A program made the translations under genes and the position numbers. From NCBI GenBank assembly GCA_951406725.2, contig OX597833.1:57350001-57414000 (forward strand): DNA of 64,000 nucleotides. The letters run 5' to 3'. This document shows, one piece after another, positions 51,478 to 64,000 of the stretch. The stretch's first letter is position 1. Every line of letters begins with the position of its first letter. A model generated the notes under the pieces. The model did no database searches, was not told where the DNA came from, and worked only from the letters and a program-made list of their open reading frames with translations. The stretch is from Octopus vulgaris (Eukaryota).

Positions 51478-52176
51478 TAAAAGTGGTGCTCCAGCATGGC
51501 CGCAGTCAAATGACTGAAACAAGCAAAAGAATATACATATATATATACAAAAATTAGTATGCCATAAAAAATAAAATACAGTTGTTCCATTTGACAGTGA
51601 TTATGTCCCTTTACTTCCAGGTCAAGTTAAGTCTTGTCTTTGGTTATGAGATCAATAAAAAGCAAATACCAAATGGAGGACTTAGGGGTTGATATATTTG
51701 ACCGAAAAACCTTGAAGTGAGTGCCCCAAATTGGTCGCAGTCCTATTACTAAAACCACCAAAAAGAATGGAAGCTCAACCTATCTGTCTTATTTCTATCG
51801 GCAGCACTCATTTTGTACCACGGAAGAGCAAATTACTCTTTGGCCAAATCTACCTTGTCCATCTCCCCTATGGCCACCACTGGAATCTGCGGGTCAACAG
51901 AAATGGACTGGATAGCACAGGTCTAATGCAACATATTGAGGCTGCCACACTGCACATCATGCAATTTGGTGCAACATGTCGATGTGCATTGTGCGGATAG
52001 TTCTCAGCACAACATTGGAAATAGATATTTTGTCTCTTGCCAAGCTGTCAGGCCAACTAAACTATTTGTAAGTCTATATAGGACTGTTTGGTTTCTGGGT
52101 GAGTCAGACTTGACCTGCAGCAACAAAATAGTAACAGCTTGCTTCAAAAAGTTCAGACACCCTATACATTATTTAT

Positions 52177-52209
<33 letters not shown>

Positions 52210-52302
52210 CACATGAATATAGATACACATAGATATACATAGGGACATATACACAAATACATATATACACGGGTACATATATACACATAAATATACATAT
52301 AG

Positions 52303-52345
<43 letters not shown>

Positions 52346-52533
52346 AATATAGATATACATAAATATGCATAGGGACATATACACACATAAATATACATAT
52401 GCATATATACACGGGTACATACATACACACACAAACACACATGAATACAGTTACACATGAATATACATATGCACATATACACAAATACATATAAATACAC
52501 ACACAGATATAGATACACACACACACACATTAT

Positions 52534-52568
<35 letters not shown>

Positions 52569-53142
52569 TTAGCAGATCTGTCCACACACACACACACACA
52601 CACACGAATATAGATACATATAAATATACATATACACAAAAATACATATACCCACACACACACACACAAGAACATGCGACGGAGTAATCGGCACATACAT
52701 GCATAAACACACGCGCGCGCGTGCGTGCGCGCACGCACACACACACACTCTCACACTATCTCTCTCTCTCTCTAAAGCATTGTTTGTCTGAGACGGATCA
52801 AGGGAGGTATGTGTGTGTATGCAAAACGACTATTTCCTGACAATTACACCACACAGAGAGACACCTGACCGTAGGAATGTGTGTGCAAATGGGCACAAGA
52901 CAATCTGACATTTACACACACAAGAATGTAAGTGTCTAAGTGCTTGTGCATATGTGTGTGTGTGTGTGTGAAAGAGAGAGAGAGAGAGAGAGAGAAGGAA
53001 AACTGCTTGCATTACTCGTTTGTCATGTTTGTTTGTCTCAGTAAGGTAGAGTCAAAAAAAGAAAGGTGGGTTGACTTTTCCGCTGCAAGAGGTCGGAGAT
53101 ACTGAGAGAGAAAGATAGAAAGAAAGAAAGATAGACAGACAG

Positions 53143-53183
<41 letters not shown>

Positions 53184-53352
53184 GATAGATAGACAGAGAG
53201 AGGGATAGAGATAGATAGATAGATAGAGAGAGGGATAGAGATAGATAGATAGATAGATAGAAAGAGTGATATATATATATATATATAGAGAGAGAGATAG
53301 AGAGAGAGGAGAGAGAGGGGGGAGGGAGAGATAGATAGAGAGAGAGAGACAC

Positions 53353-53391
<39 letters not shown>

Positions 53392-53417
53392 TAGAGAGAG
53401 AGATAGAGAGAGAGAGG

Positions 53418-53455
<38 letters not shown>

Positions 53456-56400
53456 GAAAGAGAGAGAGAGATAGTTTTGAGCTACTAATTATAATGACCA
53501 TCCCTGAATAAAGATTGGGCTGGGCTGAGCTGCTCACAAACACTTCAGACATGGAAAAAGAGAAAGAAGGAGTGGGTGGAATGGAGAGGGTGGGTGAGTG
53601 AGAAGTTAGCAATATGGGGGAAAGAGTGAAAGAAAAGAGAAGACATTAAGAGAGAAAGAACGGAACAGACTAAGGACCAACAAGTAATCCACACCTTTCT
53701 GGGGTCTTTTTTGTTTTTGTTTTTGGGATTACAGTACATCTTGTGTTACATGATCCAATGTCTTCTGCTTCTCATTCACAATTTCTAGCAAACTGAGAGA
53801 TTATGTTAAGATCCCTTTGCTGTCTATGTGTTGTTGTTGCTAAGCCAAGGTCAATGCAGATGAAGGACCATCCCATCACTGTACATTTAGGACATTATCC
53901 AGTTGAGAGTGTCTTGTTTTGTATGGTACCACATGAGACTCGGCTACTATTTCTAGCAGGGCGAGCAGCTCGATAGAGGCTCTAATGTTGATTGTATTTC
54001 TGTATTGTTCTGCAGTCGAGATATTAGAAAAAAGAACCCTGGGAAAATCTATGAAGCATTTACCAGGCTTGCCTTTGTCCGTGTCAGTGTTATTAAATCT
54101 ACACATTATTTCATAAATGAATATATGCCATAAACAAACATACAAAGAAAGGGAATTACAAACAAAGGCAGGTACAAAGGTGGTAGTGTGTGTTTCTCTG
54201 CAGTCTCAGTATATACACACTCAATTAGTTCCACTTTCTCTTTTGTAATGTGAGCAGATATATGTAGTTCCTCTGCGACAGGAAACCTGTTCTGCTCTAC
54301 AATCTCCTAGCAAACTAGTGAGGCCATCTTGTAAACCACTAGTGTTGGTGGCAAGGAGAAAGAAAAAAAGATCACTAAGTACACATGTTGTAAACTGGCT
54401 GGCATTAGGGATGGCATCCAGTCGAAGAAACCATGCCGAAACAATCACAGGAGCACAATGCAGTCCGTGGCTTCATCAGGCCATGTCAAACCATTCAACC
54501 CATGTCAGCATGGAAAACTGATGCTGAATGGTGTTGTTGATGATATATACATATATCAGGCGCAGGGGTGGCTGTGTAGTAAGTAGCTTGTTTACCAACC
54601 ACATGGTTCTAGGTTCAGTCCCACTGCGTGGCACCTTGGGCGAGTGTCTTCTACTATAGCCTCAGGTTGACCAAAGCCTTGTGAGTGGATTTGGTAGACA
54701 GAAACTGAAAGAAGCCCATCGTATATATGTATATGTGTGTGTATATGTTTGTGTTTGACCCCCCAACATCGCTCGACAACTGATACTGGGCAAAAGAGAC
54801 CCGATAGAATAAGTACTAGGCTTACAAAGAATAAGTCCTAGGGTCGATTTACTCGACTACAGGCAATGCTCTAGCATGGCCACAGTCAAATGACTGAAAC
54901 AAGTAAAAGAGTAAAAGAATATCATCATCATCGTTTAACGTCCGCTTTCCATGCTAGGACAAATGACTGAGGACTGGCGAACCAGATGGCTGCACCAAGC
55001 TCCAATCTTGATCTGGCAGAGTTTCTACAGCTGGATGCCCTTCCTAACGCCAACCACTCTGAGAGTGTAGTGGGTGCTTTTATATGCCAGTCAGGCGGTA
55101 CTGGCAACGACCTCGCTCGAATCTGTTATACATGCCACCGGCACAGGTGCCAGTAAGGCAATGCTGGTAACGATCGCGCTCAAATGGTGTCTTTTACGTC
55201 TCACTATACCCATATATACATACATACACACCCACCCACAAAAAATCACACTCATACAGCCTGCCTCTATTAAAATTGTTATTCTATGTTGGCGTGTAAA
55301 AAATCAAATACTATAATAAATAAATGAAGTAGAAGAAAGTTGAGCCAACAAGGTAGTCTGCGTACCATATGTAGGTATATCCTTACCTCTGGGCAAAATT
55401 TTGCCTGCATTCTAAAAATCTATATTTTAAAACACTTTTTAAACCTTAAGACCAAAATAGAAAATTAAAGAGACATTGTTTTTCTCAAGGTAGGAATGGC
55501 TGCCACAGGTTCTAATGCACCCGAGTACTAACAGAGAAAAAGAACGGTTCTTCAGGTCTTCTTTATGTGAACACTCAATCTGCTAAATGTTGTTGACAAA
55601 ACTCTCTTAAATCAAACTCTAAAAGATTTTTTGAGAGACAAATACAAGAAGGTCATGGTTGGAATACACTTCTGATCATAGGTCTGGCTCAAACAGAGCC
55701 AGCCTGGTGTTGAACAAAAACAACAACTGCTCATACACGGAGAATTGCAGTAGTGAGCTATCACATAAATTTGTTGTTGTTTTGTCCAGGTCAGTCTTGA
55801 TTGAATAGGACTATGAGCAAAGACATTCCAGTTGTGATCATCCTGTCTTTTTTCTTTTTTTTCATCTCATCTCAAACATCTTTTATCTTTTGCTTGTTTC
55901 AGTCATTGGGCTGTGGCAGTGTTGGGTTATCACCTTGGTTTTGTTGGACAAATTGACCTTAATACTTTAAATTTTTTTAGTCAGGTGCTTATACAAAGAC
56001 ACACAGAGAAAGATATATACACATATGATGGCCATCCACACACAGTTTCTGTCTGCCAAATTCACTTACAAAGCATTGGTCAGTCTGGGGATAATGTAGA
56101 AGACACTTGCTCAAGGTGCCATGCAAAGGACTGAACCCGGAACCAGTGAAATTACAAAGTGAGCTTCATAAACACACATCCATTTACACTTTGTTTTTTC
56201 TAAAATGACAAGGTGTGATTTGAGGGAGATTTGGTCATTATTTTTAGCAGGTCAAACGACTTCCTTGTGAGCTCATGCATGAGTGTGTGATTTCATTTTC
56301 TCCCACTTCTCTTTTAGTCTCATATAACCATATACAATTAAATTGCATAGCAACATTTTATGAGAAACCTTTTAAAAATTCTTGTCTAATTTTTTTTTTC

Positions 56401-56937
56401 TGATACACAGCACAAACTTTCAAATTATGATTAAAAAAACAAAATAGATATATTTCTAGAACTTCTCTCTACTGGGTTAGGATTCTATAAATTTTAAAAT
56501 GTGTATAAAATTGCCAAGACAACATCTACTGGGAATTAAAAATTTGGTGTGAGAGAAAGCAGGTAGCAATGGTAGCTAGAATGAGAGGATCTTTCTCTTC
56601 TGTGAAGGGTTGGGAAGCACAGAGCTGCTAATCTATCTTGATAGATGTGCAGGGTCCAATTAAGTTTGGTGCCAGACTTGGCATACAGGGAAGTCCCAAA
56701 AGGAGCAGCTTTCACAAAAAGATTTCTAATTAAAGTGGAAAGAAGTTATACACACACACAGATACATACACACAAATATATAGACATAGATACACACAGA
56801 CATACACACACAAATATATAGACATAGATACACACAGACAGATGTACACACACACATATATATATATAGACATAGATACACACAGACAGATGTACACACA
56901 CATATATATATATAGACATAGATACACAGACAGATGT

Positions 56938-56968
<31 letters not shown>

Positions 56969-58743
56969 CATAGATACACACAGACAGGTGTACACACACA
57001 CACACACATGCATGAAAACAGAAAGACTATGAGATAGATTTGAGAGAGACAAATTACATGGAAAGAGAGCATGTAGCTACACACACACACAAATAATGAA
57101 AGAGTGAAGGTCCAATTGTGCATGCGGGGGGTAAAGCTGTGGTGAAGAAGGTGGGAATTCCTTCTTGAAAATAAGCCATTTCATTCAGAGATGCCATAAA
57201 AGTGAATCACGCATTTCACCAGTTTACCATTTTTTACCATTTACCAACAGAAATGAAACATCGCTGGAAACAATCATGTCTTTGAGCTATCAGGAAAGAG
57301 GAGGGAGAAGAGGAGGGAGAAGAGGAGGGAGAAGTGGAGGACAAGGAAGAAGAGGGACATGGTTTATTATTCAATTTTGTTTGCACAATATTATCTGCAG
57401 AGTGGACATCCCTGGCAGGCAGGCAAACCAAGTGCCCAGTGGCAGGGTAAACCGAAGCAGGGGGTGGGTGGCGGAAGAAACAGAGAAGCTGATGATGAAT
57501 AACAATAGAAGTGTTAGGAAGTGGTAGGCGAGGTTGGATGGTGGTAGGTAGGATGAGGAAAGGAATGGTGAAAATGCAATAATTATTGGGAGTGCAAATC
57601 TCAACCAACTTACCTACCTACCTACTTACCTCTTCGCTACCATCGATTCTTGTTCCATTCCTTGGTGGCGGAAAACAGGAAAATACAGGGAAGAGGGCAA
57701 AAAGGAAACAAGGCATGAAGGAATGGTAAGGGTTATTCAGAGAGAGAAGTGGGGAGAGAAGAGAGAGTATGAGGAAGGGAGAGGGGGAGAGAGAGAGAAT
57801 GAAAGTGTGAGAAGACAGAGGTAGAGAGAAAAGAGAGTGAATGAATGAAAGTGTGTAAGAGAGGTGAGAGAGAGAGAGAGAGAGCAGAGAGAGAAAGAGC
57901 AGAGAGAGAGAGAGAAAGAGAGAGAGAGAAAAGAGAATGAGTGAGTGAAAGTGTGATCAAGAGAGGTGAGAGATAGAGAAAGAAAAGAGATAGAGATGGA
58001 TCAAGGAGACAGAAGAGAGAGAGAGAGTGAGTGAGCAAAGAGAGAGAGAGAGAGTGGAAAGAGGAGAGAGAGAAGAGAGTGAGTGAGTGAAAGTGTGTAA
58101 GAGAGGTGAGAGACAGAGAAAGAGAAAATAAGAGGCTGAGAAGAGATAGAGATGGATCAAGGAGAGAGTGAATGAGCAGAGAGAGAGAGAGAGAGAGAGA
58201 GAAAAGCGAGTGAATGAGTGAAAGTGTAAGAGAGAGGAGAATGAGTGAGAGATAAGAAGAGAGAATAAGAGATAGAGAGAAATGGATCGAGAAGAGATAG
58301 GGAGAGAGACCAAGTAAAACACTATTGGCTTTGTCGTTTAATATTCTGTCAATGCATTTGTTGTCTCTTCCCAGAGAATGCCAAGAGATTGTCACTATTA
58401 TCAATTTGGCATAATGCCAAGGACCCAGGAATCCCATCTCTTGCCAGCAGGTTAACACCATTTGACACAGCACAAGTAACAAAAAAAAAAAAAATGTAAA
58501 CATGTCACTTTATGTGTGTGTATATGTGTATATATACTCTTTACTCTTTTACTTGTTTCAGTCATCTGACTACGGCCATGCTGGAGCACCGCCTTTAATC
58601 GAGCATATCGACCCCGGGACTTATTCTTTTGTAAGCCCAGTCCTTATTCTATCGGTCATTTTTGCCGAACTGCTAAGTAACGGAGACATAAACACACCAG
58701 CATCGGTTGTCAAACAATGCTAGAGGGACAAACACAGACACAG

Positions 58744-58801
<58 letters not shown>

Positions 58802-59152
58802 ACATATATACGACGGGCTTCTTTCAGTTTCCGTCTACCAAATCCACTCACAAGGCTTTGGTCGTCCCGAGGCTATAGTAGAAGACACTTGCCCAAGGTG
58901 CCACGCAGTGGGACTGAACCCGGAACCATGTGGTCGGTAAGCAAGCTACTTACCACACAGCCACTCCTACGCCTATGTATGTATATTTTCTTTTTTTCTT
59001 TTACCTTTAAATCTTGAGTGATTCTCGTTATTTCAGGTGACCACAAGACACCTCTGGACAATGATTAGAATGTGGACATTTGGTTTCACTGATAATGACA
59101 ATGATGATGATGATGATGATAATAATAATAATAATGATGCTGATGAGGACAA
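50342..59152 (+). repeat. ~8.8-kb block, copy 2
   Basis: starts at the first base after the gap and repeats 41047-50241. Confidence 0.95.
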
Positions 59153-59182
59153 GGAGGAAAATGAGAATAATAGATGGTGGTA

Positions 59183-59583
59183 TGCCAGCATGGAACATGA
59201 ACATTAAATGATGATATAAAAACATATGTAAAAAACACGTAAAAAGCACCCACTACACTCACGGAGTGGTTGGCATTAGGAAGGGCATCCAGCTGTAGAA
59301 ACACTGCCAGATCAGACTGGAGCTTGGTGCAGCCTCCTGGCTTCCCAGACTCCGGTCGAACCGTTCAACCCATGCCAGCATGGAACATGAACATTAAATG
59401 ATGATGATATAAAAACACATATATAGTGAGTGTAGGTGGCACGTAAAAAGCACCCGCTACACTCACAGAGTGGATGGTATTAGGAAAGGCATCGAGCTGT
59501 AGAAACACTGCCAAATCAGACTGGAGCCGTCCAACCCATGCTAGCATGGAAAACGGATGTTAAACCATGATGATGATGATGAT
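59183..59583 (+). mobile_element. tandem partial family C SINE copies
   Basis: atgccagcatggaacatgaacattaaatgatgat occurs twice; two cacgtaaaaagcaccc...catc.agctgtagaaacactgcc bodies. Confidence 0.75.
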
Positions 59584-60470
59584 TTTCATGTTATTTTATT
59601 TCCCAATCATATTTAGATCCACCTCCACCACCACTCCTCCTGCCATTTTTTTTGTGATCTGTTCTGGTTAATGCCTCCCCACCTGTCCTATCACCTATGC
59701 TAATAAAAGAAATTCCTTTCTTCTTATTGTCATCAACATCATGTATAGCTTGTGACATTCATGAACTTTGCAGGTAAAGTCATCACTTGTAAAGAGAGAA
59801 AGGTCAACCCTTTGGAAACTACAACAGAGGCTTAGATGAGGTCCCCTTTCCTCCAGCCCCCATCTACCCCCTTAACGTCATTTACATACCTACAGACTTA
59901 TTTACCTACCTACCTGTAAAGCCATGCATTATTTATAAAGTGATTTTACATTAAGAGCAGGGTCTAGTATCCACAATAAAACAGCTCTTCACTTTGAATG
60001 TTCCAGACAGATATACAAGAGATAAACACTTGTTGGGAGGGGGGAAGGGTAGGAGGAAAAGTTGTTACAAAAGATAAAGAGGATAAAAAAGAAGGAACAC
60101 TTATTAGCAAGGAGGGAGGGGATGAGGAACACTTGTTAGAAAGAAAAGGGGGTGGGCGGGAGAGAGAGAGTAGTTTTGATTTATGTCAACATGTGTAGTA
60201 AGCCAACACTCCATTAAAAGGCCATCCAGTAGATCCTTAAAGTCTCTCATAAATATACATACAAGAGAGGAAACCAGGAGAGTTTTAGATGTTCATGCCT
60301 GCTCCCTTTTAACAAGGACATCACTTGTAAACCCAACTACAGCACTAAAGCAAGACAAAAATCAAACATAATAAAAAAAAGGTTTCTGGTTTTCGTCCCT
60401 CTATCCTTCTTTTCCCTAGTACCCCTTTCATCTAAATACTCATGAGCTAATATCACCTGAGCACCTCTAT

Positions 60471-60875
60471 ACTCTTACTCTCTTTTACTGGTTTCAGTGA
60501 TTTGACTGCGGCCATGCTGGAGCACCGCCTTTAATCGAGCAACTCGGCCCCGGGACTTATTCTTTTGTAAGCCCAGTACTTATTCTATCGATCTCTTTTG
60601 CCGAACTGCTAAGTAACGGGGACATAAACACACCAGCATCGGTTGTCAAGCAATGCTAGGGGAACAAACACAGACACACAAACACACACGCATATATATA
60701 TATACATATATACGACGGGCTTCTTTCAGTTTCCGTCTACCAAATCCACTCACAAGGCTTTGGTCGGCCTGTGGCTATAGTAGAAGACACTTGCCCAAGG
60801 TGCCACACAGTGGGAACGAACCTGGAACCATGTGGTTGGTAAACAAGCTACTTACCACACAGCCACTCCTGCGCC
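60471..60875 (-). mobile_element. SINE family A, full length
   Basis: family match. Confidence 0.88.
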
Positions 60876-61168
60876 TATGTTTATTTCTCTTTTTAACATC
60901 TTTCTCTAAAGCAGTGTTTCTCAATCATTTTTTGCCCATGGACCCGGTTGGTACCTATTTCTTTACTACCCACAAGGGGCTAAAACACAATATTTTGTCC
61001 ATCTTAACATTCTGAGTTCTAATTCTGACGAGGTTGACTTTGCCTTTCATCCTTTTGGGGTTGATAAAATTAGTACCAGTCACACACTGGGGTCGATGAA
61101 ATCAACTCATCCCTTACCCCAAATTTCAGGCCGTGAGCCTTTAGTAGAAAGGATTATTATTATTATTC

Positions 61169-61430
61169 TGGCCTCCGTGCCCGTGGCACATAAAAAGCAC
61201 CATCTGACAGTGGCCGTTTGCCAGCCCCGTCTGGCACCTGTTCCGGTGGCACGTAAAAAGCACCCACTACACTCATGGAGTGGTTGGCATTAGGAAGGGC
61301 ATCCAGCCGTAGAAACATCGCCAGATCAGACTGGGCCTGGTGCAGCCTTCTGGTTTCCCAGACCCCAGTTGAACCGTCCAACCCATGCTAGCATGGAAAG
61401 CGGACGTTAAACGATGATGATGATGATGAT
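61169..61430 (+). mobile_element. SINE family C
   Basis: two gtggcac.taaaaagcacc units, Meta-like domain, (GAT)n tail. Confidence 0.8.
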
Positions 61431-61486
61431 TACTATAATAATAATAATAATAATAATAATAATTATTATTATTATTATTAAACTGT

Positions 61487-61685
61487 GGCGGTGAGCTGGC
61501 AGAATTGTTAGCATGTTGGATGAAATGATTAGTGGTATTTTGCCTGTTGCTACGTTCGGAGTTCAAATTCCACCACGGTCAACTTTGCTTTTTATCCTTT
61601 CAGGGTACCGGTGAAACACTGGGGTTGATGTGATCGACTAGTCCCCTACCCCAAATTTCAGGCCTTGTACCAATAGCAGAAAGGA
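61487..61685 (+). mobile_element. diverged SINE family B
   Basis: ggcggtgagctggcagaattgttagca ... gagttcaaattcc ... gtcaactttgc. Confidence 0.7.
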
Positions 61686-62026
61686 CCATTATTATTATTA
61701 TTATTATTATTATTGTTATTATTATTATTATTGTTATTATAATTATTATTATTATTATTAAACTACATGGCGAGAACAAGAAATGAAAACAGAAGTCCAT
61801 TAGAGACAGGACAGTCAATAAATATCACATTCTCAGGGTGGACCTTAAATAAATAGTAAAGAGTAGGAAAGGTGAGTCAGTGAAGGGTGGGGAAGAATCA
61901 AGAGGGTGTGTGAGTGTATGAATGTCTAGGTAAATAGAGTGACGGAAAGGATAAGAAAAGGGAGAGAAAGTAACACACAGAAGCCGTAGAAAGAAAAAGA
62001 AACGATAAGGACAATATACTGTTAGT

Positions 62027-62061
<35 letters not shown>

Positions 62062-62192
62062 CATGAAAAAGGAAAAGAGGGTGGGAAAGAGATCATTGTG
62101 GAAAGAGAATGAGAGAGACGCAGGATACCAAAGAAAAAGAGAAAGAATGAGAAACATATAGGAGAGAGAGAGAGGGAGAGAGACAGACCGAC

Positions 62193-62225
<33 letters not shown>

Positions 62226-62230
62226 CAGAC

Positions 62231-62272
<42 letters not shown>

Positions 62273-62341
62273 CGAATGAAAAAGAAATAGAAAATAGGCC
62301 AAAAATGTGTAACTAAGTGCTTCTAACTCTCTTATTATTAA

Positions 62342-62672
62342 CTAGCACTATGACCTGGCAACACCGGGTCATAGTGCTAATGCATGCATATACAACTGCG
62401 TGCGACCAATCACATACAGCTAGCTGGCATTCAATTGGCGTATCAAGTTTCGGGCATTTTGATTGGGTTTTGGATAGAAAATTCAGAAAAAAGTCACTTC
62501 TATTGATTTTTTAATGGCTTTGTGGGGTGATTGGGGAAATGTAAAGATGTGCACGACCACCCTTGGACGGTTTTGAATGACTATAGAAAGTGCAAGCCCT
62601 CTAACTGAAAAATTGTGGATTTGTATAAAGGACACACACACACAGACATTTTGCCATTTATATATAGAGAGA
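62342..62672 (-). mobile_element. non-autonomous Helitron (second family)
   Basis: Minus strand 5' TC(TCTCTATATATAAATGGC), 3' CTAG; terminal hairpin tagcactatgacc...ggtcatagtgcta (62343-62379); A|T insertion site. Confidence 0.7.
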
Positions 62673-62837
62673 TTTTACAAAAAAAAAAAAAGAATGAATG
62701 TAATTTTTACCATTAACAAGTAAAACTACATCAAAAGAACATTTTTTTTTTTTCAAAATTTTCAGATTAAAATTTGAGAAAATATGAGTGGTTAGAAAAA
62801 AATAGAGAAAGATCCAACAAAACATTGGAGCCTAGGG

Positions 62838-63252
62838 CAGTGGTTCTCAACCATTTTTGACCTATGGACCCCTTTGATTGCTGTTTAACATGGAGGGGCC
62901 CTCCTAACCATTTGATGTTAAAAAAATTAAATTATATTTTTAGAATTCAATATTATTAAGAATTACTCTTTTACTTGTTTCAGTCAGTCATTTGACTGTG
63001 GCCATGCTGGAGCACCAAAAATTGTTGAAGTAGCCGTATAAGCAATTTCATCATCATCATTTAACCTCTGTTTTCCGTGCTAGCATGGGTTGGACAGTTC
63101 GGCTGGGGTCTGGGAAGCCAAGAGGCTGCACCAGGCACCAGTCTGCTGATGTGGCAGTGTTTCTACAGCTATTGCATGTAAATATGAACAATGAAGTCTT
63201 ATGTGGACCCCACCCCCCAAGGGCCATATGGGACCCTGGCTGTGAACCGCTG
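62838..63252. mobile_element. old hAT-like MITE with nested SINE fragments
   Basis: cagtggttctcaacc ... ggctgtgaaccgctg; a similar left end lies at 60912. Confidence 0.45.
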
Positions 63253-64000
63253 GAGTAGACAGAGAGTGAGTGAGTGATGGAGTATTGTGTAGGGAGAATG
63301 AGAGAATGGCAGAATATACTGCATGAGAGAGAATAAGAAATATAGTGGAAAAAGAGAGAGAGAGAAATAGACCGAGAAACATAGAAAAAGAGAGGAAAAT
63401 AGAGGGAGAGAGAGAGAGAGTAAAAGGTTGTACTGCAGGGATCTTGTGACAAATGCCAAATCTTTATTGCTCGGCTCCTCTGTGTGTGTAGATGTTTGTT
63501 TAACAAAGGTCAACCAAGAAGTACACAGGAAAATAATGAAGAGAGCAAATGATGTCTGTTTGAAGGAGGACATCAAGAATTTGACCAACTGTTTATCTTA
63601 ACACTAGCCACCCCCACTTCTTTACCCATGCACTCATCCTCAATAAAAGTTGTTGTCGTTTAACCCCAGGTCAGTCAGCCCTATGACGACTTGAAGAAGT
63701 ATTCTTTAGACACCCCTGAAAATATGACCAGCATAATCTTTTCAAGGATATATAAATACTACTTTCTTTGTCCTTTCTTATCTAAAAACTGTTTCTGCTT
63801 CAATAAAACAAAGTTTTTCAAGAATAATCAAATCCATTTAAATATGAAATGATGCTTCATCAGATTGACATACCTTCTTAACTATTTGACGAAAAATATA
63901 GGTAATATAAACCACTAAATTCTTCGGATATTTAATATCCCTTAGGTGTATTTTACACCTAGCTAAACTGATATATAACATGGCCAAGATATATATATAT

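Overview
This is repeat-dense, AT-rich eukaryotic DNA, intronic or intergenic. The SINE families and very long (TA/CA/TG/GA/GATA)n tracts strongly suggest an octopus (coleoid cephalopod) genome. No confident host protein-coding exon is visible, and nearly all ORFs in the track are microsatellite or SINE read-throughs. The only recognisable protein fragment is the C-terminus of an RTE/BovB-type LINE (about 11.3-11.6 kb, minus strand). The window holds many copies of at least four tRNA-derived SINE families (CORE-like, Nin/Deu-like, Meta-like, V-like). It also contains TTAA-flanked piggyBac-type MITEs, GGATC-terminated MITEs with 8-bp TSDs, two short Helitrons, several long foldback palindromes, and a family of short inserts carrying a variant minimal hammerhead-ribozyme-like motif (Penelope-like). 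A roughly 9-kb block (41047-50241) is repeated directly after a 100-N gap (50342-59152), most likely an unmerged haplotype overlap. I found no convincing wholly new biological system. The best leads are the A6-to-U hammerhead-like family, the palindromic inserts, and an alternating long/short SINE concatemer.
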